Assembly (NCBI GenBank): GCA_963705105.1
Contig: CAVPIW010000005.1
Location: forward strand, 576,001 to 640,000
Length of the DNA: 64,000 nucleotides
From: an uncultured Nitrospiraceae bacterium
GTDB lineage: Bacteria; Nitrospirota; Thermodesulfovibrionia; Thermodesulfovibrionales; Dissulfurispiraceae
Direction: 5' to 3'
Part shown: piece after piece, positions 20,209-30,226 of the stretch
Layout: every line of letters begins with the position of its first letter
How positions within the stretch are numbered: position 1 is the first letter of the stretch
Made by a program: the position numbers and the translations under genes
The notes under the pieces: generated by a model
Databases searched by the model: none
Told to the model about the DNA's origin: nothing
The model's input: the letters and a program-made list of their open reading frames with translations, nothing else

Positions 20209-21987
20209 ATGTCGTTTCGTCGCAGCCTCCGTGTCTCCCTCATCATCGTCATGTCCGTGATCGTCGGCGCAGTCGGCGGTTTCATCGTCTGGGTCCTCAA
20301 CGACCTCCCCGAAATCAGGAGCCTCGAGGATTACAAACCCCTGGAATCGTCCTTCGTCTATTCCTCCGACGGGAAGGTGCTTGCCGAATTTTACCTGGAG
20401 CGCAGGAATTTCGTCCCTCACCACAAGATCCCGGAGCGGGTCAAGAAAGCATTCATCGCCATAGAAGACCAGCGTTTCTACTCCCATCCCGGCGTGGACG
20501 TCATCGGCATTCTCCGGGCCCTCTACAAGGACATCCTCTCCCAGAGGATTGTCGAAGGGGGCAGCACGATCACGCAGCAGCTCACGAAGATGCTGTTTCT
20601 CAAGCCCGAGAAGAGTTTCGCCCGCAAGTTCAAGGAGGCGATCATCGCCGCGCAGATCGAGAAGCGGTATACAAAGGACGAAATTCTCGGCATGTACCTC
20701 AACAAGTCCTATTTCGGCACAAGGGCATATGGTATAGAGGCGGCGGCCCAGACCTATTTCGGCAAGCCCGTCGCGGACATCTCCCTGTCCGAGACGGCCC
20801 TTCTTGCCGCCCTCCAGAAGGCGCCCTCGGCATTCTCGCCCTTCAAGAACCCTGATCAGGCCAGGACGAGGAGAAACATTGTACTCAGGAAGCTGCTCGA
20901 AAACGACGACATTTCGCAGGAAGAGTACGACAGGGCGGTCAGGGACCCCCTTCCCCAGAAGCCCTTCTACCGGAAATACGAGGCGCCCTACTTCGTCGAA
21001 TTCCTCAGGCAACAGCTCGAGGCGCGATACGGGGAGAGGATCTATACTTCGGGATTCCGTATCTACTCGACCATTGACTACTCCATGCAGAAGATCGCCG
21101 AAGAAGCCCTCCGGCAGGGCATCGCCGCCATAGGACAGCGCTCGTCCCCGGGGGTGCAGGCCGCACTGATCGCCATCGACCAGAGGAATGGAGAGATCAG
21201 GGCGATGGTGGGAGGAACGGACTTCTGGGAGACCCAGTTCAACAGGGTGACGATGGCCCTGAGGCAGCCGGGATCGGCTTTCAAACCCTTCGTCTACGTC
21301 ACGGCTCTCGAAAAGGGCATGACCTCGGACTCACAGGTCCTCGACTCGCCGATTTCCTTCCCCGGGGCGAAGGCGAACAGCGTGTGGTCGCCAAGAAACT
21401 ACGACAACGAGTACCACGGCCCCGTCTCCCTGAAGACGGCCCTTGCCCTCTCCCTGAACACCGCAACAGTGAGGCTTTCCCATTCCGTCGGCATTCGGGA
21501 TGTCATAGAAACGGCGAAGAAATGCGGGATCAGGAGCAACCTTGAGCCCTACCTCCCCGTCGCCCTCGGCGCCTCCGACGTCACCCTCCTGGAGCTCACA
21601 TCGGCCTATGTCTCCCTCGCCACGGGAAGGCGGATCGAGCCGATGGCGTACGAAAAGATCCTGAACAGGGAAGGCATTGTCCTTGAGGAAACCTCGCCCT
21701 ATTCCTCGGATATCCTCGATCCCGAGGTCGTCAGTGACATGAGGGTGCTCCTGCGGGCCGTCGTCGAGATGGGGACGGCACAGAAAGCCAAAGAACTCCA
21801 GAGGACCGTCTACGGAAAAACGGGGACGACGAACGATTTTTCCGATGCCTGGTTCGTCGGCTTCGACGACCGCCTCGTCCTGGGCGTCTGGGTCGGGAGG
21901 GACAACCACCGGCCGATCGGCGTCAAGGAGACGGGGGCGAAGGCCGCCCTGCCGATCTGGATGGAGTTCATGAGGAATATGCCCTGA
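20209..21987 (+). CDS. Class A penicillin-binding protein (PBP1A family)
   Basis: TM anchor, EDQRFYSHPG, GGSTITQQL, RQPGSAFKP (SxxK), SLN, KTGT. Confidence 0.95.
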   Translation: MSFRRSLRVSLIIVMSVIVGAVGGFIVWVLNDLPEIRSLEDYKPLESSFVYSSDGKVLAEFYLERRNFVPHHKIPERVKKAFIAIEDQRFYSHPGVDVIGILRALYKDILSQRIVEGGSTITQQLTKMLFLKPEKSFARKFKEAIIAAQIEKRYTKDEILGMYLNKSYFGTRAYGIEAAAQTYFGKPVADISLSETALLAALQKAPSAFSPFKNPDQARTRRNIVLRKLLENDDISQEEYDRAVRDPLPQKPFYRKYEAPYFVEFLRQQLEARYGERIYTSGFRIYSTIDYSMQKIAEEALRQGIAAIGQRSSPGVQAALIAIDQRNGEIRAMVGGTDFWETQFNRVTMALRQPGSAFKPFVYVTALEKGMTSDSQVLDSPISFPGAKANSVWSPRNYDNEYHGPVSLKTALALSLNTATVRLSHSVGIRDVIETAKKCGIRSNLEPYLPVALGASDVTLLELTSAYVSLATGRRIEPMAYEKILNREGIVLEETSPYSSDILDPEVVSDMRVLLRAVVEMGTAQKAKELQRTVYGKTGTTNDFSDAWFVGFDDRLVLGVWVGRDNHRPIGVKETGAKAALPIWMEFMRNMP

Positions 21988-22033
21988 TCCTGTCCCGTGT
22001 TTGGTTGCAGCAGGGCGTTCCTGGTACTGTAAA

Positions 22034-22238
22034 CCTTATCGCTGCAATACACTTCCGGGAAAGGCGGGGCGTATGCGCTCTGAAAAAAGTGTCAGTGACA
22101 GTGTGAGTGTCAGGAAGAGGCGCGCATTTCAAACATCGCTTTGAACCGTTGTCTCTTGTGATGGTGCAGGTGTCGCCGCACCAAGGTTTTCGGCGCATAC
22201 GTCCCGCCTTTCGGTCGGGCGTTATTACAACGGCAAGG
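22034..22238. repeat. Modular element (arms gamma+beta)
   Basis: CCTTATCGCTGCA...GAAAGGCGGGGCGTATGCGCTCTGAAAA...CAAGGTTTTCGGCGCATACGTCCCGCCTTTC; its core is the reverse complement of about 25905-26061. Confidence 0.88.
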
Positions 22239-22242
22239 CAGA

Positions 22243-23919
22243 TCAGAGCCTGAAGGTGTCCTTGTCCGTCCCGGTCTTCCGTTCCCGCTCCATCCGCTTG
22301 AGCACGGCCCGCTTGATCTTGCCGCTTATCGTCTTGGGGAGCTCCTCGATGAACTCGATCTCCCGCGGGCATTTGTAGGAAGCGGTCTTCTGCCTGACGA
22401 ATTTCTGGATGCTCTGGGCGAGCTTCTGCGTCGCCGTATAGCCCGGCGCGAGGACGACGAAGGCCTTGATCATCTCTCCTCTCAGCGAATCGGGACTGCC
22501 GACGACGGCGCTTTCCGCAACGGCCGGATGTTCCTGGAGCACGCTCTCGACTTCGAAGGGACCCACCCTGTATCCCGATGACTTGATGACGTCGTCGGCC
22601 CTGCCGAAGAAGTAGAAATATCCGTCCGCATCCTTGTACGCCTTGTCGCCCGTGAAATACCAATCACCCCGGAAGGCCACGCGGTTTTCGTCCTCATCGT
22701 CGAGGTACTCGTCAAACATCCCGACGGGCTTGTCCGGCTTCACCCTGACGCAGATATGGCCGATCTCTCCCGGCGGTAACGGATTGCGGTCGTCGTCGAG
22801 GACCTCGATCGCCATATCCGGCACAGGCTTTCCCGTGGACCCCGGCTTCACATGCTGGCAGGGATAATCGGCCAGGAGGACCGAAGACTCCGTCTGACCG
22901 TACCCTTGGTGGATCGTCAGGTTCGTCGCTCGTTGCCATGTGTAGATAACCTCGGGATTGAGGGGCTCCCCCGCCGAGGTGCATCGTCTCAGCCCGGAGA
23001 AGTCATAGGATGAGAGGTCCTCGAGAATCAGCATCCGGTAGACCGTCGGTGGGGCGCAGAACATGGTTATACCCTGTGACGTCAGCAGTTTCATCGTCAG
23101 GCGGGGCAGGAACTTGCCTTCGGCATTATGGACGAAAATGGCGGCCCCTGCAATCCATTGCCCGTACATCCCCCAGGCCGCCTTCGCCCACCCTGTGTCG
23201 GAGAGGACCCATATGAGGTCATGGGGCTTGATATCGTGCCAGAGCAGGGCCGTCCGCAGATGGCCGAGGGGATAGGAACAGCGGTGGAGCACCATTTTGG
23301 GGTATTTCGTGGTGCCCGACGTGAAATAGATCATGAAGGGGTCCTCCGCGGACGTCGTTTCGTGCGACCCCGGCGCCAGGCGGAGGGGGGCATCGGCGGT
23401 CATCTCCCCGAGATCGGTCCACCCGGCGGCGCCCCCGTCGATGAGCACTTTGTGTTTCAGAGCGGGGAATGCCGTTGCGGCACAGGCGGCGTCCACCTTC
23501 GGGGCGTTCGCCAGGTTTGTGATCACCGCTGCGGCCTGTCCCCTCATGATGCGGTATTCAATGTCCGAGGGCGTCAACATAACCGGGGCGGGCATGACGA
23601 CGGCGCCGATCTTGTGGCATGCGACCATGACGAAGTACCACTCAGGGAGCCTCGGTAGCATGATGAAGACCCGGTCACCCTTCCCGATGCCGAGAGAGAG
23701 AAGGGCATAAGCTATCTTGTTGGAGTGGCTGGAGACATCCCAGTAGGTAAACTTTCTGATCTCCCTTCCCAGCGGGTCCGTCCAGGCGAGGGCAAGCTTC
23801 GTCCTGTCCGCGGCGTGGCGGTCGATGACGTCGAAGCCGAAGTTGAAGCGGTCAGGGACGGGGATCGTGAACGTCTCCTTCGCCTTTTCATAATCCGTCA
23901 TGTCATAGGAAAAGAGCAT
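22243..23919 (-). CDS. Acyl-CoA synthetase (AMP-forming, ACSM-like)
   Basis: YFTSGTTKYPK, YGQTE, TGD, GRADDVIKSSGYRVGP, LPKTISGKI. Start chosen 9 nt after AGGAGG. Confidence 0.93.
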   Translation of the reverse strand: MLFSYDMTDYEKAKETFTIPVPDRFNFGFDVIDRHAADRTKLALAWTDPLGREIRKFTYWDVSSHSNKIAYALLSLGIGKGDRVFIMLPRLPEWYFVMVACHKIGAVVMPAPVMLTPSDIEYRIMRGQAAAVITNLANAPKVDAACAATAFPALKHKVLIDGGAAGWTDLGEMTADAPLRLAPGSHETTSAEDPFMIYFTSGTTKYPKMVLHRCSYPLGHLRTALLWHDIKPHDLIWVLSDTGWAKAAWGMYGQWIAGAAIFVHNAEGKFLPRLTMKLLTSQGITMFCAPPTVYRMLILEDLSSYDFSGLRRCTSAGEPLNPEVIYTWQRATNLTIHQGYGQTESSVLLADYPCQHVKPGSTGKPVPDMAIEVLDDDRNPLPPGEIGHICVRVKPDKPVGMFDEYLDDEDENRVAFRGDWYFTGDKAYKDADGYFYFFGRADDVIKSSGYRVGPFEVESVLQEHPAVAESAVVGSPDSLRGEMIKAFVVLAPGYTATQKLAQSIQKFVRQKTASYKCPREIEFIEELPKTISGKIKRAVLKRMERERKTGTDKDTFRL

Positions 23920-24045
23920 CGTATTCATCCTCCTGAATGCAGAAGTTGTGATAGAAGATAGCACTTCGCGGAAGGGAAGGTCAATGGAAACAGCATGATC
24001 CGTCCCGAAACGGGGCGATCTCTGATACAATAGGGGGAAGCACTC

Positions 24046-24582
24046 ATGAATGCCCTCGACATATCCATCGCCGCGGTCCTCTGCATCGCTGCCGTTCACG
24101 GCATGTGGAAAGGCCTTGTCAGGCAGCTTGCCTCAGTCGCCGGCATCGTTGCCGGGTTTTTCATCGCCTCAGGATACTATGAGCGGTTCGCGTATCTCGT
24201 TCCCCATGACGATCCCGGGGTACGGAAGCTGCTCTGCTTCATCGTCCTCTTCCTGGGTTGCCTCATTATCGCAGCCTTTGCCGGGTGGCTGATCGCAGGG
24301 ATTACAAAGAAGTCAGGCCTGGGGTGGCTGAACAGGCTCACCGGCGGCATCGTCGGGTTTCTGAAGGGCTTTCTTATCATCCTCGTCATGACTATCCCTG
24401 TCATTCTGCTGCTGCCTGCGGACAGCCGACTGGTCCGGAACTCCCTAGCGGTCCCCTACGTCCTTTCCGGTGCCCGGTTCCTGTACGGCGCCGTCCCCGG
24501 TGAGTTCAGGGATGCCTATGCTGAGAAGGTCAGAGCCCTGACGGGAGGCCAGGGGAAGTCAGACCGGAAAAAGAAGAATTGA
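24046..24582 (+). CDS. cvpA: CvpA family membrane protein
   Basis: MNALDI...G.WKGLVRQ...LNRLTGGIVGFLKG, four TM segments. Confidence 0.9.
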   Translation: MNALDISIAAVLCIAAVHGMWKGLVRQLASVAGIVAGFFIASGYYERFAYLVPHDDPGVRKLLCFIVLFLGCLIIAAFAGWLIAGITKKSGLGWLNRLTGGIVGFLKGFLIILVMTIPVILLLPADSRLVRNSLAVPYVLSGARFLYGAVPGEFRDAYAEKVRALTGGQGKSDRKKKN

Positions 24583-24595
24583 AGGCGCGTCTCCC

Positions 24596-25883
24596 GTGAG
24601 TGATCTGATCGCATATGGCGGACTCGTTCTTGCCGTCGCCGTCTTGATCCTGCTGATGCTGAACATGCGTCGACGTCCGCTCGGAGGAACAGTCCAGTCT
24701 CGAAGGGAGGATCGCATCCGTTGAGCGGATGCTCGGGGCGATGGAGCTGCGCATGATGGAGGAGCACGCCCGGAATCGCGAAGAAGGGACCCTGAACGCC
24801 CAGAGGCTCAGGGATGAAGTGAGCGGCACTCTCCACTCACTCAACAATTCTCTCCTGTCGCGGCTTTCGGAGTCATCGGGACAGCAGAGAAGCCAGATCG
24901 AGACCCTGGCAGACAATGTGCAGCGCAGGCTCGAACGGATGCGCGATACCCTTGACGAACGGCTGAACATGGTCCGGGAAGAAAACGCGAAAAAGCTTGA
25001 CGAGATGAGGGCAGTCGTGGACGAGAAACTCCATGCGACACTTGAACGCAGACTCGGCGAGTCCTTCAGGCTTGTGAGCGAGAGACTCGATCTCGTTCAC
25101 AGGGGGCTCGGGGAGATGCAGTCCCTGGCATCGAGCGTGGGAGACCTCAAGAGGGTTTTCGCAAACGTGAAGACAAGGGGGATCTGGGGCGAGGTGCAGC
25201 TCGGAAGCCTCCTTGAGCAAGTGCTGACAAAGGACCAGTTCGAGTGCAATGTGGCCACGAAAAGGGGAAGCGCCGAGCGGGTGGAATTTGCGATACGGCT
25301 GCCGGGCAGGGACGACACGGGAGAAATCATCCGGCTCCCCGTGGACGCGAAATTTCCCCACGATGATTATGAAAGGCTCGTCGAGGCGCAGGAGCGCGGC
25401 GACGTCCCCGGTGCAGAGGACGCCGCCCGGAGCCTTGAGGTGAGGATAAAGACCTGCGCACGGGAGATCCGGGACAAGTACCTTGATCCCCCCTTCACGA
25501 CGGATTTCGCGGTCCTGTTCCTGCCCATCGAGGGGCTCTACGCCGAGGTCCTGCGGAGGCCGGGCATCTGTGAACTGCTTCAGAGGGAGTACCGGGTGAC
25601 CGTGACGGGACCAACGACACTCGCCGCATTTCTCAACAGCCTCCAGATGGGATTCAGGACGCTGGCCATCGAACGCCGTACCGGAGAGGTATGGCGACTC
25701 CTCGGCGCCGTCAAGACGGAGTTCGGCAAGTTCGGCGATATCCTCGACAAGACGCACCGGAAGCTCCAGGAAGCGAGTTCTTCCATAGAGACGGCGACAC
25801 GGAAGAGCCGCACGATCGAGAGGAAATTGCAGGAAGTGCAGGAGATGCCGCCGGAGGAGTCACTGCCCGGCGTTGATCAATAA
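24596..25883 (+). CDS. rmuC: DNA recombination protein RmuC (N-terminal TM segment apparently frameshifted)
   Basis: KTRGIWGEVQL, LPVDAKFP, TTDFAVLFLPIEGLY, GPTTL. A TM helix from GTG 24596 is one base out of frame with the 24729-25883 ORF. Confidence 0.9.
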
Positions 25884-25884
25884 A

Positions 25885-26190
25885 CCTGATCGTTGCATAT
25901 GATCTCCGGAAAGGCGGGGTGTATGCGCCGAAAACCTTGCTGCGGCGACACCTGTACCATCACAAAAGACACCGGTTTAAAGCGATGTTTGAAATGCGCG
26001 CCTCTTCCTCACACTCACACTGTCACTGGCACTTTTTTCAGAGCGCTTTGCCCCGCCTTTCGGCGCATCTGCCAAAATGGTCCTCATCATCGCATTGGAA
26101 AGGCTTTGAACCATATCTGCCTTTCCGGAGGCAACGTCGCTATCAATAAGGCTTCGAGGCATTTCGTCCCGCCTTCTCATGTAACCGCCA
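25885..26190. repeat. Composite modular element (beta+gamma, then inner-site+delta)
   Basis: Starts right after the rmuC TAA (TAAA|CCTGATCGTTGCA); contains GGAAAGGCTTTGAACCATATCTGCCTTTCC. Confidence 0.85.
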
Positions 26191-26193
26191 ATT

Positions 26194-26229
26194 AAAGAGG
26201 GCGGCTCAGTCAGATTGAAGAGCCGCCCT
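26194..26229. terminator. Intrinsic terminator-like hairpin
   Basis: AGGGCGGCTC...GAGCCGCCCT, with TCTTT following on the minus strand. Confidence 0.6.
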
Positions 26230-26480
26230 GTCGACTATGGCAGCGAGTCCTCCGGGGGGTCGTATGCACGCAAGAAATACCCTTCAATGAGGGGAAGATG
26301 ATCGTGTGTCCTTCCCGAGCCCTCCCAGCACTGCGACAGACTACCACAGGTTTCTTTCAGTCATAACGGCGTCCCCGCCCCGTGATGATCCCGACCGCAC
26401 CTCGTCCCATTCACCGGGATCCGGACTGCGGGGCCGCGCTTACCTATGTTATCGTCACTGCCCCCGGAAACTTGATTTTA

Positions 26481-26915
26481 ACTCCTCGTTGCATACTCGT
26501 TCGGGAAAGGTGGGAAAAGGCGCCACTCACTCCGGCGGGAAGGCTGATGTGGTGAAAAGCCTATCCGCGAAGATACCTTGTTCATCCCCAGATCACCTTT
26601 TTCCGTAGTCCATTGATAGGAAGAGCCCGTAAGGCAACAGGCGCTGAACACCCCGATATGCACACCCATAGGCCCGACCGAATGGCGCGGTGAAGCGCCG
26701 AAAAGCATCGGTGCTGCGAAACCGCTGCCGTCCCGCTGAGTGTATGTAAGCAAAACTGTTGATGATACAGAGGATGAACTCTTCAACAAACAATAATAAA
26801 TAATCATGCTCGCTATCAGCGAGGCGTTGAGGCGCTTTGCCCCGCCTTTCGGCGCATCTGCCAAAATGGTCCTCATCATCGCATTGGAAAGGCTTTGAAC
26901 CATATCTGCCTTCCC
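26481..26915. repeat. Triple-nested locus: outer end, inner 168-bp element (26537-26915), ~211-bp alpha+delta insert
   Basis: Compared with 56553-56720, the extra ~211 bp sit between GATATG and CTCATCATCGCATTGG. Confidence 0.85.
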
Positions 26916-26931
26916 GTCAGAACATGGTTCG

Positions 26932-28188
26932 TCAGCGCATTCCCTCTCCGATGAGGGACAACAGGGACGAGAAAGGGATCTCGCCCTGCTCACCCTTTTT
27001 CAGATGCTTCCATTTGATCATGCCCGCCTTGAGCTCTTCGTCTCCGATGATCAGGGCATAGGCGGCGCCGAGACGGTCCGCCTTTCGCAGTTGGCTCTTG
27101 AGGGACGCGCCGCCATAGTTCGGCTCGACGCGGTGGCCCGCTTTTCTGAGCGTTTCGGCGATCCGCAGGCCCTCGATGCCGGCATCCTCCCCGAGGGTCG
27201 CAACAAATACTGCCGGGCCCGGTCCGTCGATACACGTTTTCTCCTTCAGCAGCGCCGTGATCCTTTCCATGCCCATGGCAAAACCGATGGCCGGCGTGGG
27301 TGACCCGCCGAATTCCCCGACGAGACCGTCGTAGCGTCCGCCGGCAGAGACGGCCTTCTGGGCGCCGAGATGTTCGCTCGTCACCTCGAAGGTCGTTCTC
27401 GTGTAGTAGTCAAGACCCCTGACGAGGTTGGGATTGACGACGTGGGTGATCCCCAGGAGTCTCAACCGCCTCAGGACATCGTCGAAGTGGCATCGGCAGT
27501 CCGGGCAGAGGTGGTCCTGGATGGACGGCGCCCCTTTCCTGAGTTCGACGCACCTGTCGACCTTGCAGTCGAGGATCCTCAGGGGATTGGTCCCGTACCG
27601 GCGCTGGCAGTCGGGGCAGAGCTGGGGCAACAGGTCCCGGAAATGGCCGAGAAGGGCCTGCTTGAAGGCGGGCCTGCACTCTTCGCAGCCGATCGAGTTG
27701 ATCTCGAAGGAAATCCCCTCGATCCCGATCCGTTCGAGCAGGCTCTGCAGCATCGTAATCATCTCGGCATCGAGAGACGCCTCGGCAACGCCGAACGCCT
27801 CAGCCCCGATCTGGTAGAACTGCCTGAACCGTCCCTTTTGAGGGCGTTCGTACCGGAACATCGGTCCGGTGTAATAAAACTTCTGGGGAGAGGGGAGGGT
27901 GTGGAGGTGATGTTCGATATAGCAGCGCACGGCCGGCGCCGTGCCCTCAGGCCGCAGGGTGATGCTCCTGCCCGCCCTGTCGAGGAAGGTGTACATCTCC
28001 TTTTCGACGATATCCGTCGTCTCGCCGATGCTGCGCGTGAAGAGATCCGTCGATTCCACGACGGGAAGACGGATCTCCTGATATCCATAGAGGGAGAAGA
28101 CCTCGCGGGCCGCCGACTCGACGTGCTGCCAGATCGCAATCTCCGGGGGCAGGATGTCCTGCATCCCCTTCGGGGCGCTAAACTTCAC
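26932..28188 (-). CDS. hisS: Histidine--tRNA ligase
   Basis: APKGMQD, KEMYTF, LRPEGTA, FRYERPQKGRFRQFYQ, VRGLDYY, GGRYD. Confidence 0.98.
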   Translation of the reverse strand: MKFSAPKGMQDILPPEIAIWQHVESAAREVFSLYGYQEIRLPVVESTDLFTRSIGETTDIVEKEMYTFLDRAGRSITLRPEGTAPAVRCYIEHHLHTLPSPQKFYYTGPMFRYERPQKGRFRQFYQIGAEAFGVAEASLDAEMITMLQSLLERIGIEGISFEINSIGCEECRPAFKQALLGHFRDLLPQLCPDCQRRYGTNPLRILDCKVDRCVELRKGAPSIQDHLCPDCRCHFDDVLRRLRLLGITHVVNPNLVRGLDYYTRTTFEVTSEHLGAQKAVSAGGRYDGLVGEFGGSPTPAIGFAMGMERITALLKEKTCIDGPGPAVFVATLGEDAGIEGLRIAETLRKAGHRVEPNYGGASLKSQLRKADRLGAAYALIIGDEELKAGMIKWKHLKKGEQGEIPFSSLLSLIGEGMR

Positions 28189-28654
28189 CGGAGTCTTCCC
28201 CTTCTCTCACCTTGTCGAACTCGAGCATCCTCATGTGGCCCTCGATCAGCCTCTTCAGCTCTTCCTTGAAATGCTGCCTGATCCCCTTCAGGTCGACGAT
28301 ATCCTCATGGATTTTCACGACCTTCTCCTGGGCGCCCTTGATCAGGGTGTCGGCGTTCAACTCCGCCTCTCTTATGATGAGCTCGGCTTCCTTCTTTGCA
28401 TTCCCCTTGTACTCCTCGACCATCTGCTGCGCCGTCAGGAGCGTCTCGCGGAGAGTACTCTCCATCTGCCTGTATTCTTTGAGCTGTTCGTCGGTCCTGC
28501 TGATCTGCTCCTTCAGCGTGGCGTTTTCCCTGAGGATCTCTTCCATTTCCTCCCTGACGAGTTCAAGGAACGAGTAAACCTCTTCGACGTCAAAGCCGCG
28601 GAAAAGCCTCACGGGAAACTGCTTCTGCTGGATGTCGAGCGGCGTGATCCTCAT
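28178..28654 (-). CDS. DivIVA domain protein
   Basis: ITPLDIQQKQF...FRGFDVEEV..FL, followed by coiled coil. Confidence 0.92.
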   Translation of the reverse strand: MRITPLDIQQKQFPVRLFRGFDVEEVYSFLELVREEMEEILRENATLKEQISRTDEQLKEYRQMESTLRETLLTAQQMVEEYKGNAKKEAELIIREAELNADTLIKGAQEKVVKIHEDIVDLKGIRQHFKEELKRLIEGHMRMLEFDKVREGEDSGEV

Positions 28655-28965
28655 ATGATCCCACCTCCTTTCATTTTGTACCCTAGTTCGACAAGGGAAT
28701 GAATGATGAATTTTTGAACAAATATAATAGCAAGAATGACGACGAGAGGTGAAATATCGATGGGACCGAGACGGTGGCCGATCACTCGCCTGATGGGACG
28801 GAAAACGGGCTCCGTCACGGCATGCAGAAAGCGGACGATCGGGTTGTAAGGATCAGGGCTCACCCAGCTGATGATAGCCGAGATGATGACGATCCACGTG
28901 TATATGTCGAGCCCGATGTCGAGAACCCTGGCGACGGCGATAATGAAATTAGCAAAAATGAACAC
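28651..28965 (-). CDS. yggT: YggT family membrane protein
   Basis: SWVSPDPYNPIVRFL...TEP...PIRR...IDISP. Confidence 0.93.
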   Translation of the reverse strand: MFIFANFIIAVARVLDIGLDIYTWIVIISAIISWVSPDPYNPIVRFLHAVTEPVFRPIRRVIGHRLGPIDISPLVVILAIIFVQKFIIHSLVELGYKMKGGGII

Positions 28966-29754
28966 CTAATCCCTCCTTCCCAATTCCTCTGCCCGTCTGA
29001 GTGCAGCGCCGAGGGCGCTCTTCACACATTCACGGAACCCCAGCTCCCCGAAGACGCGGAGGCCCGCCGCCGTCGTTCCCCCCGGCGAGGTGACCATCTC
29101 CCGGAGCCGCGCCGGGGGCATCCCGTTGTCGAGGAGTCTTGCCGTCCCGAGAGTGGTCTGTACGGCCAGTTCGCGCGCCGCGTCTTCATCGAGTCCCATG
29201 GAGACGCCGCTTTCGATGAGGGCTTCGACAAAGAGAGCGATAAAGGCGGGCCCGCTTCCCGAGAGGGCCGTGACGGCGTTCTGATATTTCTCGGGCAACG
29301 TGAGGACCTTACCGACAGACATGAATATGTCGCGGACAATGGCAATATCCCTGTCCGAAAAACACTCGCAGAGTGACAGGACAGACATCCCCTCCTGGAC
29401 GATGGCGGGCGTGTTCGGCATGACCCGCACGAGTTTCCTGGTCCTGACCCTGGAGGAGAGATACGAGAGGGGCACTCCGGCCGCTATGGAGACGACGGTC
29501 TGATCCTCCCTGACGGCGCCGCCGATCTCGTCAAGGACGGCAGGGAGCATCTGGGGTTTGACGGCAAGGATGATCACCTGCGAGGTGTCGACGACCTCCC
29601 TGTTCGACGATGTGACCGTGATGCCGTATGCCGACCGGAGGCGTTCCCTCTTATCCGTTTCGGGTTCCGAGACGATGATCGCGCGGGAACCGCGTGATGT
29701 CATGCCCCGGATGAGCGCCTCCGCCATGTTGCCGCCGCCGATAAAACCGATCAT
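28966..29754 (-). CDS. proC: Pyrroline-5-carboxylate reductase
   Basis: IGFIGGGNMA, LAVKPQ, RVMPNTP, TALSGSGPA, VTSPGGTT. Confidence 0.97.
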   Translation of the reverse strand: MIGFIGGGNMAEALIRGMTSRGSRAIIVSEPETDKRERLRSAYGITVTSSNREVVDTSQVIILAVKPQMLPAVLDEIGGAVREDQTVVSIAAGVPLSYLSSRVRTRKLVRVMPNTPAIVQEGMSVLSLCECFSDRDIAIVRDIFMSVGKVLTLPEKYQNAVTALSGSGPAFIALFVEALIESGVSMGLDEDAARELAVQTTLGTARLLDNGMPPARLREMVTSPGGTTAAGLRVFGELGFRECVKSALGAALRRAEELGRRD

Positions 29755-29890
29755 ACCATCTCCTTTCGTTATCATAAGTCTACCCTACTGCTGGAACACG
29801 CCCTCCGGAAAAGCGGGACGTAGATGCCACAGAAACAGCGGATAATAGACAGTAGTCAGTAGTCACAGGCACTGACCACCCTGATATGTA

Positions 29891-30218
29891 CATATCGCTT
29901 CATACACTCTCCGGAAAGGCTGGGTGAACGCGCCGAAAAGCATCGGTGCTGCGACACCGCTGCCGTCCCATGCAGAGCATGCAAGGGTGACTGTTGATGA
30001 TACAAAGGATGAAAACTTTAAAATCCAATAATAAACAATCATTCTCGCTATCAGCGAGGCTTTGAGGCGCTTCGCCCTGCCTTTCCACATATCTGCCGAA
30101 ATGTCTCATCATCGCATTGGAAAGGCTTTGAACCATATCTGCCTTCCCGCAGGCATCGGCAGTGACACTGACACTGTCACTGTTTTTCAGAGCGCTTCGC
30201 CCTGCCTTTCCATGCAGG
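29891..30218. repeat. Composite modular element (alpha+delta, then inner-site+gamma)
   Basis: CCGAAAAGCATCGGTGCTGCG, TCGCTATCAGCGAGGCTTTGAGG, GGAAAGGCTTTGAACCATATCTGCCTTCCC, ACACTG repeats. Confidence 0.85.
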
Positions 30219-30226
30219 GTATAGCC

